A DNA stretch of 64,000 nt from Candidatus Multivoradales bacterium (GTDB lineage Bacteria; Acidobacteriota; Thermoanaerobaculia; Multivoradales; Multivoraceae), in the NCBI GenBank assembly GCA_965223325.1, contig CBDCWI010000002.1, forward strand, positions 2,240,001-2,304,000, read 5' to 3'. The notes beneath the pieces were generated by a model. The model worked only from the letters and a program-made list of their open reading frames with translations. It did not search any database and was not told the DNA's origin. The position numbers and the translations under genes are program-made. Numbering within the stretch: position 1 is the stretch's first letter; each line of letters begins with the position of its first letter. Shown here one piece after another: positions 29,877 to 37,890 of this stretch.

Positions 29877-30740
29877 TCATGGTTCCTCGGCTTTCGGTAT
29901 ACCGGAGGGGAGCAACACGACTCGGTTTCGCCGGTAGAAACCCGCCTGGTGCCGGAGCACGATCAGTGGCAACCACGACGCCACGTGGAACAACTCCCGC
30001 GTGATGGAAACCGTGCTCGGGGCATCGGACTTGCGCAACCTTACGGGGATCTCCACCACCGAAGATCCGTTCGCACTCGCGTAGAGCAGCAGTTCGAGAT
30101 CGAAGAGGAACCCCGGGCAACACAGAGACCCAAAGGCGGCTCTCGCAAACGAGCGGGTCATCGCCTTGAGCCCGGCCTGCGAGTCGCAGGTGGTGATGGG
30201 CAACACCCTCTGCACGAGTGCATTGAAGGCCATCCCCAGACGTTCACGATTCACCAATCCCACGGGTGGGTCCTGCCGGTCGCAGTCCTCGAGCCGACAG
30301 GTAGCATCCCTTCGATTCGCGCAGACCAGATCGGCCCCCGTTTCCGTCAAACGAATCGCACGCTCGAGCGCGGCATCGCCAAACGGCAGGTCGGCATCCG
30401 TAAAGGCGATGGTTCGCCCACGAGCCATGGAAACTCCCGCCGACAGTGCACGACCCTTGCCGGGTGGTCCACTGAGATCGACCATCCCGACCACTGGGTA
30501 GCACTCAGCCAACCGGGTGGCGACCCTGTGGGTTTCGCGACTCCCATATCGCGAGCGATTGCAGAGAACGAGCACCTCGAAAGACCTTCCGCTGCGCGCG
30601 AACCGGGACACGACCGCTTCACAAGTCGCCTCGAGCACCGACGCCGCATTGCGCGCCGGGATCAAGATCGAGAGATCGAGGAGGGCGTCGGCTCGAGGCG
30701 CCTCGAACAACTCGTGGACGTCGTTACTGAGAGCGCTCAT
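29877..30740 (-). CDS. GT2 polyprenyl-phosphate glycosyltransferase (DPG/DPM synthase-like)
   Basis: LSILIPARN, GKGRAL..G, FTDADL (DxD), DSQAGLKA, GFLFDLELL, VVEIPV. Confidence 0.85.
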   Translation of the reverse strand: MSALSNDVHELFEAPRADALLDLSILIPARNAASVLEATCEAVVSRFARSGRSFEVLVLCNRSRYGSRETHRVATRLAECYPVVGMVDLSGPPGKGRALSAGVSMARGRTIAFTDADLPFGDAALERAIRLTETGADLVCANRRDATCRLEDCDRQDPPVGLVNRERLGMAFNALVQRVLPITTCDSQAGLKAMTRSFARAAFGSLCCPGFLFDLELLLYASANGSSVVEIPVRLRKSDAPSTVSITRELFHVASWLPLIVLRHQAGFYRRNRVVLLPSGIPKAEEP

Positions 30741-30957
30741 GTCTCAGAAGGATGCAGAGACCCGGAGAATCCTTCCGCGCCCCCGAAGGATGCGCCAGGA
30801 ACCGGCATCCAAGTGACCAGCACCCACGCTCCACTACGCTCGTCGCCGGCGACAACCGGTGGCGCGTATCCGGCTCGAGGGACACGCTCTGGCGACGAGC
30901 TTCGCTCTCGTGACCGGGCCAGTTCTCGATGCCGCGGTCAGCGCTGCGGCTCCGCGG

Positions 30958-30977
30958 CTGGTGACTCGAGTCACCAG
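30958..30977. repeat. Perfect 20-bp palindrome CTGGTGACTCGAGTCACCAG in the intergenic region upstream of the GT2 operon
   Basis: Read directly from the sequence; each half is the reverse complement of the other. Confidence 0.8.
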
Positions 30978-31302
30978 GCTCTACTGCGCTGTCGCGAAGT
31001 CGCTATGCGAGACCATCCGGGCGCGGTGGCAGCACCCGGCTACGCGATCCTCTTCGGCTGGCAACTCAGGCTTCTGCCCGTTCCTGGAAGAGGTCGACGA
31101 CCAGGTCGTGCCACAACCAACCGACGCCAGCCTCGCCGGCGCAGATTCGAGCCGGGTCGCATGCGAGCATTGAAAGCCGCCGCACACGATCGCAGTCTCC
31201 AGCGCAACGACATCGCGAATGCCGAACGAACGAGGCATCCGCGACGGACCGCTTGCTCCCGCCCCTCCGGGGGGAGGGGGAAAAGGCGCGGCGACTAGAG
31301 GC

Positions 31303-31341
31303 GTTGGTTGCGACCTCGCGTTAGCACGAGGTCGCACCAAC
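31303..31341 (-). terminator. Strong hairpin downstream of the TonB-dependent receptor (terminator or mRNA stabiliser)
   Basis: GTTGG(T)TGCGACCTCG / CGAGGTCGCACCAAC stem of about 15 bp with one bulge. No clear U-tract. Confidence 0.5.
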
Positions 31342-31393
31342 ACCGAAAACGGTACCCAAAACGAAGCGCGCTACAAACGCGCCCAGAACGCCT

Positions 31394-33943
31394 CTAGTTG
31401 ACGTTCCAGTTGAAGCTGTACTTCAACCGCGTGTACCAGAACGCACCGTTGAAACCGAACGGCGAGAACTGACTGTACAGATTGCCAACACCAGAGCGGG
31501 CACCCTGGTTCTCATCGGGCGTCTCGTCGAAGATGTTCTGGCCGCCAATGATGATGCCCAGGTCCTCGGTGATGTTGTAGCCGAGTTCGAGATCGAAGAG
31601 GGTCTTGCCGCTGTAGACGGCGCCATCTTCGGAGTCGAACCAGGAGTCGTAGTAGCTCGACCGTGCCAGGAGGCGCAGCCGGTTTTCCATGAAGCGGTGG
31701 TTGTAGGTGAGGCTCGCCCGGTTCTCGGGAAGCGCTTCCTGCAGCTCACGGATACGAGTGGCGTCGAGGGTGGCCGGGTTGAACTTCGTCACGTCCGTGT
31801 TCGTGTGGTTGAACAGGAGGGCAAAGTCACCGTTGCCGCCGATGGCAGCCGGTGCCCAGGTCGCGACGATGTCGATACCGCTGGTCTCGGTGTCGAAATC
31901 GTTGGCGAAGAAGCGGAAGTTCTGCAGGTTACCGGCGCTGGTGATGCCCTCGGCAATCAAGGAATCCACCTCAGCGGGAGACAAGGAGAACAGCTGCGTC
32001 ACTGCCAGGCGATCCGAAACATCGATCTGGAAGAGGTCGACGGTGAGACCGAAGTTCCCATTCTCGTAGACGCCACCAAGGGCGTAGTTGACCGACTCTT
32101 CCGGCTCGAGCGGCTGACCACCACGAAGTTGGGCGACGCGCGACGACGACGGGATGGTGCCGTTGTTGACCAGCTCCATGAGCTGGAGATCGAACTCGGT
32201 CGACACGTTGAAGGCGTTCGACTGACCGGGCGTCGGAGCACGGAAGCCGGTCGAGACCGAGGCGCGCATCTGGAAGTTGTCGTTGAAGCGATAGCGCCCC
32301 GACACCTTGCCGTTGGTGGTCGTACCGAAGTCTTCGAAGTCCTCGAACCGGAGCGCGAAGCCGAGCGTCCAGAGGCCGTCTTCGGTGCTGTTGTACTCGA
32401 GATCGCCGTAGAGCGCCCAGTTGGCGCGCGCCCAGCTACCGGCTGCGATCGGACCGAAGCCCGGGAAACCGTTCGAGGCGGCGCTGAAGCCCTGATCAGC
32501 CAGCGGACCGATCTGGTACGACTCGAGCTGGCCGATGCCGATGGTGAACTCTTCCTCGCGCCACTCGAGGCCGCCAGCAAGGTTCGTGCGATCGTTGAGC
32601 GGGTAGGTGACGTCGAAGTTGGCGCTCACTTCTTCCTGCTCGTAGAGACCCGGGTCGAACGTCGTCGGGGTGTTGGGGCCGAGCGAGGCGTTGACCGTGT
32701 TGTTGATGAAGAAATCCACCTCACTGTTGCCGTAAGTCACGCTCGCGTCCCAACCCATGCCGAAGCTGGTCGAACCACGCACACCGGCTACCACCGACTT
32801 ATCGACACTGTCGCCGCCGAAGTTCGGAGTAAAGCCACCGGGAAAGATCTCCTGGAAGGAGAAGCAGTTCGGGTCATTGAATACCTGCGCGAGGGCGCTC
32901 GGATCCGGAACGTTGTTGGTGATGTTGACAGTCGGGCAACCGCCGCCCGTCAGATCACCGATCAACAGGGTCTGGCCACCGTCATCGGAGAACACCGCGC
33001 TGCGGGTGTTCGGGTTGCGGAAGTAGAAACCGCCAGTGACCGTCTTCGAGGCGTAGTTGGTGTGCGCATAGAGCTGCTGCCCACCGCCGGTGACGTAGCC
33101 GAAGTTGCCAAAGAACTTGAAGTCGTCGTCGATCTCGGGCGAACCCCAGATCTGGGCAGGATCTCTGACAGCGGTGTTGCCAGCTGCGATCAGGCCGGCA
33201 GCATCGTTGCGCTGGACGCTACGACTGGTCGGATCGGAGCTGCCGTACTCCATGCTGAAGTTGGCGAAGCCAGTCTCCCCGAGAGGCACGCCGATGTTGG
33301 CAGCGACCGAGGTGGTGTCGCCGTCGCCTTCAGAGAAGCTGCCGGTGCGGACCTCGAACGAGCCGCCGCTCGAGGCGTCCTTGAGAAGGAAGTTCATCAC
33401 GCCGGCGATGGCGTCGGAACCGTACTGCGCCGAAGCACCGTCACGCAGGATTTCGACCTGGCGCAGCGCGATGGCTGGAATCACCGAGATGTCGGGGCCC
33501 TGCGCACCGTCCGCGACACCGTTGCCGAGCCAGTAGATGACCGCGGCACGATGGCGGCGCTTGCCATTGACCAACACGAGCGTGTGGTCGGGGGCGAGAT
33601 TTCGAAGGTTCGCGGGGCGCACGATGGTCGAAGCATCGCTGATGGGCTGGGTGTTGACGGCGTAGGAAGGAGCCAGGGTTCGCAGCAAGTTGCTGACGTC
33701 GGTATCGCCCTGGTTGAGGAAATCGTCCGAGGAGATCACGTCAACGGGCACCATCGACTCGGCGACCGAGCGGCCTTCGGTACGACTGCCGGTCACGACG
33801 ATTACGTCTTCGAACTCCTGGTCCTCGGTTGCGGGCTGGTCGCCCTCGTCGTCCTGGGCCACTGCCGCCGGGGCATTGAGCCCGAGGAGGGCCATCATCA
33901 TCGCCATGGAAAGGATCCACGGAAGAGTACTCTTGGTTCTCAA
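31394..33943 (-). CDS. TonB-dependent outer membrane receptor
   Basis: Signal peptide, TonB box EDVIVVTGSR, plug LVLVNGKRR...IP..A...VEILRDGASAQYGSDAIAGV.N, barrel STGFRAP, L.PEES, N.FD..P. Confidence 0.93.
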   Translation of the reverse strand: MRTKSTLPWILSMAMMMALLGLNAPAAVAQDDEGDQPATEDQEFEDVIVVTGSRTEGRSVAESMVPVDVISSDDFLNQGDTDVSNLLRTLAPSYAVNTQPISDASTIVRPANLRNLAPDHTLVLVNGKRRHRAAVIYWLGNGVADGAQGPDISVIPAIALRQVEILRDGASAQYGSDAIAGVMNFLLKDASSGGSFEVRTGSFSEGDGDTTSVAANIGVPLGETGFANFSMEYGSSDPTSRSVQRNDAAGLIAAGNTAVRDPAQIWGSPEIDDDFKFFGNFGYVTGGGQQLYAHTNYASKTVTGGFYFRNPNTRSAVFSDDGGQTLLIGDLTGGGCPTVNITNNVPDPSALAQVFNDPNCFSFQEIFPGGFTPNFGGDSVDKSVVAGVRGSTSFGMGWDASVTYGNSEVDFFINNTVNASLGPNTPTTFDPGLYEQEEVSANFDVTYPLNDRTNLAGGLEWREEEFTIGIGQLESYQIGPLADQGFSAASNGFPGFGPIAAGSWARANWALYGDLEYNSTEDGLWTLGFALRFEDFEDFGTTTNGKVSGRYRFNDNFQMRASVSTGFRAPTPGQSNAFNVSTEFDLQLMELVNNGTIPSSSRVAQLRGGQPLEPEESVNYALGGVYENGNFGLTVDLFQIDVSDRLAVTQLFSLSPAEVDSLIAEGITSAGNLQNFRFFANDFDTETSGIDIVATWAPAAIGGNGDFALLFNHTNTDVTKFNPATLDATRIRELQEALPENRASLTYNHRFMENRLRLLARSSYYDSWFDSEDGAVYSGKTLFDLELGYNITEDLGIIIGGQNIFDETPDENQGARSGVGNLYSQFSPFGFNGAFWYTRLKYSFNWNVN

Positions 33944-33988
33944 ATCGAGACCTCCTTGTCCTCGCTCAATGTGAATAAGCCCTAAGAC

Positions 33989-34009
33989 CCAACTCGACAG
34001 TCGAGTTGG
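33989..34009. promoter_or_regulatory. Inverted repeat CCAACTCGAC-A-GTCGAGTTGG upstream of the TonB receptor (candidate operator)
   Basis: Perfect 10-bp arms with a 1-nt spacer, about 45 bp upstream of the start codon. Confidence 0.5.
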
Positions 34010-34114
34010 ACTTGGGCCCTTTGAAGGAAGCGAGGTTGAACAGAGAATGAACCCTTGAACGTTACCAGTGTGCGAAGGTTCAGTCCCAGTTTGGCCCCAG
34101 CCTCGCGGAACGGC

Positions 34115-34792
34115 TTAGGGCTTTCTTGCCACAACGACCGCCATCGGGACTTTCCGCCACGGGCAGTCGACGGCTAGACCGGCCGCGCAGAGGGCGCTCA
34201 TTTCCTCGTCGAGCGAGAAGTAGCGGTCTTCTTCGGCCCATTCTTCGAAGTGTTGCTGCGCACGCGGAGGGCTGATCCCGCCCTGCCCCATGTGTTCGGT
34301 CCAGCGCGCGTAGGCGAGCTTTGACAATTCAGGGTCTGTGTTCACTACGGCGTCTGCGTTGACCAGCAGACCACCCGGTGAGAGCGCTTTGGCAATGCGC
34401 TGGTAGAGACGCTTCTTAGCGTCGTACTCGCGGACATGGTGGAGCGCCAACGCCGCCATCATGCCGTCGACTCGACCGAAGTCGTCATCGAAGGAGGCGT
34501 TCCGAAACACCGCGCGCTCGCCATAGCTCGCGAGCCGCTCCCGTGCGACGTCGAGCATCTCCGAGTCGATGTCCCAGAGCTCGACCACCACACCCGGGTG
34601 GCGTTCGAGCAGCCTGCCCGCCAGCGAGCCGGTGCCCGAACCGAGATCGACGACGCGCTCTAAGCGCGGCTTCGCGAGCAGCACCGAAATCGCCTCGTCG
34701 CACATCTCGTCATAGGCGGGTATGTAGCGACGAATCGTCTCGTCGTAATCATCGATCGCCAGCCGCAAATGGCGCGAAACCGAATGACTCAT
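34115..34792 (-). CDS. Class I SAM-dependent methyltransferase (CmoA-like)
   Basis: YD..IR..IP.YDEM, VVDLGSGTG, DID.EML, LALHH, L.PGG.LVNAD. Confidence 0.85.
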   Translation of the reverse strand: MSHSVSRHLRLAIDDYDETIRRYIPAYDEMCDEAISVLLAKPRLERVVDLGSGTGSLAGRLLERHPGVVVELWDIDSEMLDVARERLASYGERAVFRNASFDDDFGRVDGMMAALALHHVREYDAKKRLYQRIAKALSPGGLLVNADAVVNTDPELSKLAYARWTEHMGQGGISPPRAQQHFEEWAEEDRYFSLDEEMSALCAAGLAVDCPWRKVPMAVVVARKP

Positions 34793-34805
34793 GGGCTGGA
34801 AGTTC

Positions 34806-35054
34806 TCAGGGCCCTTCCTCGAGACGGGCGTGCGAGCCGTCACAGAGCGGAGCCTTGTCGGTGCGCTTGCAGGTGCACAGCGCTACCCGCTTGTCTTCCT
34901 CGAGCTTCCACTTCATCGGACCGAACTCCGTTCCCGCATGGGAGCCATCACAGAATGGCTGGTTGGCCGACCGTCCGCAAGCACACCAGTAGTAGGTGCC
35001 CTCGGCAAGTTCAATCACGATCGGCTTGCTACCGCCGACTTCAGATTCCGTCAT
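34806..35054 (-). CDS. CDGSH iron-sulfur (NEET) protein with two CDGSH domains
   Basis: WCACGRSANQPFCDGSH and LCTCKRTDKAPLCDGSH. Confidence 0.92.
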   Translation of the reverse strand: MTESEVGGSKPIVIELAEGTYYWCACGRSANQPFCDGSHAGTEFGPMKWKLEEDKRVALCTCKRTDKAPLCDGSHARLEEGP

Positions 35055-35084
35055 GTCATGACTCCTCGCCCGCCGCCGTCGTCA

Positions 35085-35591
35085 TCATGAGCTCGGTCCG
35101 AGGCGCTCTTCGAGCCGTCGTGCCACCGACCCGGGCACCACGTCAGCGAGCTGACCACCCAACTTGACGACTTCTTTGATCAGGGTGCTCGAGATGTCAG
35201 CCGTCTCCAGGCTCGGCAGTAGGAAGATCGTCTCGACGTTGGGATTCATCCGCCGGTTCATCATCGTCATCGGCAGCTCGTAGTCGAGGTCGGTTCCCGA
35301 GCGCAAGCCACGAACGATGGCAGCGGCACCACACTCGGCGGCGAAATCGACCAAGAGCCCTTTGAAGCGTTGCGGCCGACAGTTGTGCAGCCGACGGTCC
35401 GCCAGGATCTCGGCGATCATCTCGAGGCGTTCAGCCTCTTCGAAGACCGGCGCCTTGTGCTCGTTGATGAGCACCGCGACGATCAGCTCGTCGAACAGCG
35501 GCGCCGCACGCTCGATGAGATCGACGTGGCCGTTGTGAATCGGATCGAACGACCCAGGGAAAATCGCGGTTCTGCCTCCGCTCGTCTGCAT
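35085..35591 (-). CDS. coaD: Pantetheine-phosphate adenylyltransferase
   Basis: AIFPGSFDPIHNGH, IVRGLR...D..YE, N......ETIFL, ISSTLIKEV. Confidence 0.94.
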   Translation of the reverse strand: MQTSGGRTAIFPGSFDPIHNGHVDLIERAAPLFDELIVAVLINEHKAPVFEEAERLEMIAEILADRRLHNCRPQRFKGLLVDFAAECGAAAIVRGLRSGTDLDYELPMTMMNRRMNPNVETIFLLPSLETADISSTLIKEVVKLGGQLADVVPGSVARRLEERLGPSS

Positions 35592-35658
35592 GGCTGCAGC
35601 TTACCCGACGACCGGCACTTCAAGCCTGCCGAGGGCCGACACACCCGGCCGCCTACCC

Positions 35659-37890
35659 TCAGTGCGAAGTGAGGTCGAGAGTCACGACGTTGAGTGCCGC
35701 GTCGGTTACCCGCAGAAGAACGAGGGCCCCAGGCGGGGCGTCGATCGAGAAGCTCTCACGACGACCGTCGAGCAGTCCGTCCGCTGCGGGCACCTCTGTC
35801 CAGACCTCGGCATCGACCGAAACTTCGACCCGTCGCAGGGGGCTCAACCGATCCACGACGGTCGCCTCGATTCCGTCGCCGCGACGGGTCGCCTCCTCGA
35901 GTTCAGGCGGTGAGTTGTCGACCGTCACAAGAGCGCTGGTCCGTTCGCCCTCGAGCGCCTCATCTTCGGGGTTGCCACGCCGGTCACTGGCGGTGACCTG
36001 GAAGCGATAGAGCCCATCGGGCAGGGCTGTTGAATCGAACGACCAGTACGACGTCTCGAGATCTTCCGCTATCTCGAGCCATTCTGACTCGCCGCTGGCT
36101 TCGCCTTCGGGCCGGAACGCCAGTGCGAAGCGCAGCTCATCGGAGTTAGGGTCTTCGGCTTTCCAGCGCAGGGTCCGGAAGCCCTTCTTCCAAAGCGTCT
36201 TGGTGCGCTTGGCCGGTTCTTTCTTGCCCGGGTCGATGGTGGTGAAAATGCCGTCTTTGTTCGGCGTGGCGGGCTCGAAGACCTGGCTCGTGGGGTTGAA
36301 GCCCTGTGGCACCAGAATCTCACCCGGGTCGAGCACCTCGACGGACGACACCAGCGGCGCCTGGTTGGCCTGCAGATACGAGATCTCGACACTGTCGATC
36401 CGCGGGCTTACACCCCGCGCTCCGCGTAGCGCCGCTCGCCACTGCAGGTAGCGGCCACGCGGGACGTCTCCCAAGGAGACCTCACGCTCGCGGTCAGAGC
36501 GAGCGGCGACACCTTGCCACTCAGACCACGTCGCATCTGGTTTGGCGCTCATGCCGGAGCGAACCTGCCACTCGAGAGTCGCGCCCGCGGGTACCCTCCC
36601 ACGCCAATGCAGGGTGCCGAATCGCGACGGTTGCTCGGCGTCGAGCGCCTGGCTGGTGTAGCGCCCCTCGCGCTCGCTGGCCTCGGAAAAGCGATAGACC
36701 GCCGCGCCGTTGGTCGTCGCCACGATCGGGCCGGGGCCGTCCGCGGCGCTTCTCGGCGCCAGGAGGGCGATCACCTGTCGCTCCTCGAAGTCTCTCTCGA
36801 GCAGGCGCTGGCCCGCCTGCCAGGAGTACAGCTTGCCCTCGAGGCCGGTGCCGATCCACAAACGACCGCGCTCATAGAGCAACGAATGGACGGTTTCGTC
36901 CTTCCAGCTCGTTACGTTGCGAGCGACCAACCCCGGCGCGATGCGAAGCACCAGACTGCGGGCGCCCTCGAAGCTCGCCGGACGACTGCCGGCCGAAACG
37001 GCTCCTTCGGTCACCGATACCTTGCCGTCCTCGCCCTTCTCCTCGGATTCGTCTTTGCCGTTACTCTTGGCAGCCCCGCTACCGAGCGTCAGGAAGCTGG
37101 CTTCGGAAGCCAGGGCGGCAACGTAGATGTCGCCATCCGGCGCGAAGGCGAACGCGGTCACCTCGGGCTGCGCCGCGTCGTAGAGCGTGCTCAGTTTGCC
37201 GGCACGGTCGAGAAGCAAAACCAGGCCGTTGCCCGCCGTTCCGATCAGGATCTCCCCGCGCGGAGCGACCGCAAGGGTTCTAATGTGCGGATCAGTGTGA
37301 TCGAGCACGACCTCGCCGGTTCCGTCTTCGGCGACCCGCAGTAGCCGGCCTTCTGTCCCGGTCGCCACCAACAAGTGACCGTGCGCGTCACGTTCGAGGT
37401 CCCAGATGTAGCGCTCTCCAGGGTCGAAGATCGCCTCTGGATCGGTAGCGCCCGGCGCGAGGCGATACACCTTGCCGTTAGGGGACGAACCGGCGAGAAC
37501 CGAACCATCGTCATCGACATGAACGGCAAACACTTCGGGTTCCGGTAGCGAGAACAGCACCTGGGCGGTGCCGTCACGACGGGCCAGGACCACCCGCCCA
37601 CTGTTACCGGTGCCCAGCACCGCGCCCTCGGGGTGACTGGCAGCCGCAAACACGAAGGGCTCCTCGACGGGCGCAACCTTCTCGACGCGATCGGCAAGGC
37701 GCAAGGTTCCGAGTCGATCGACACCGACCCCTTCGAACTTGCCTTCGAGGAAGGCCTCTTGCGTCTGCATCTCGAAAATTCGCACCGTGCCTGCCCCCAG
37801 GGTACTGGCAACGGTCGAGAGAAACACCGCAATTGCTATGGACAAGACGTTGAGCCGCCAAAGCGTGCGCTGTGACATCGCGCCTCTCAT
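35659..37890 (-). CDS. Exported beta-propeller protein with C-terminal Ig/FN3-like domains
   Basis: Signal peptide, repeated LGTGNSG.V / AGSSPNGKVY / VATGTEGRL / IGTAGNGLV blades, W.A.DPN.D.L, LPDG.YRF.VTASD. ATGA coupling to the S55 gene. Confidence 0.75.
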   Translation of the reverse strand: MRGAMSQRTLWRLNVLSIAIAVFLSTVASTLGAGTVRIFEMQTQEAFLEGKFEGVGVDRLGTLRLADRVEKVAPVEEPFVFAAASHPEGAVLGTGNSGRVVLARRDGTAQVLFSLPEPEVFAVHVDDDGSVLAGSSPNGKVYRLAPGATDPEAIFDPGERYIWDLERDAHGHLLVATGTEGRLLRVAEDGTGEVVLDHTDPHIRTLAVAPRGEILIGTAGNGLVLLLDRAGKLSTLYDAAQPEVTAFAFAPDGDIYVAALASEASFLTLGSGAAKSNGKDESEEKGEDGKVSVTEGAVSAGSRPASFEGARSLVLRIAPGLVARNVTSWKDETVHSLLYERGRLWIGTGLEGKLYSWQAGQRLLERDFEERQVIALLAPRSAADGPGPIVATTNGAAVYRFSEASEREGRYTSQALDAEQPSRFGTLHWRGRVPAGATLEWQVRSGMSAKPDATWSEWQGVAARSDREREVSLGDVPRGRYLQWRAALRGARGVSPRIDSVEISYLQANQAPLVSSVEVLDPGEILVPQGFNPTSQVFEPATPNKDGIFTTIDPGKKEPAKRTKTLWKKGFRTLRWKAEDPNSDELRFALAFRPEGEASGESEWLEIAEDLETSYWSFDSTALPDGLYRFQVTASDRRGNPEDEALEGERTSALVTVDNSPPELEEATRRGDGIEATVVDRLSPLRRVEVSVDAEVWTEVPAADGLLDGRRESFSIDAPPGALVLLRVTDAALNVVTLDLTSH

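Noticed and set aside
29814-31298. 494-aa plus-strand ORF across the GT2 gene and the intergenic gap
   Set aside because: Arg/Pro/Gly-rich with no recognisable domain, and antisense to a well-supported GT2 gene.
31697-33985. 762-aa plus-strand ORF antisense to the TonB receptor
   Set aside because: Shadow frame produced by strong GC3 codon bias. It has no motifs and mirrors the real gene.
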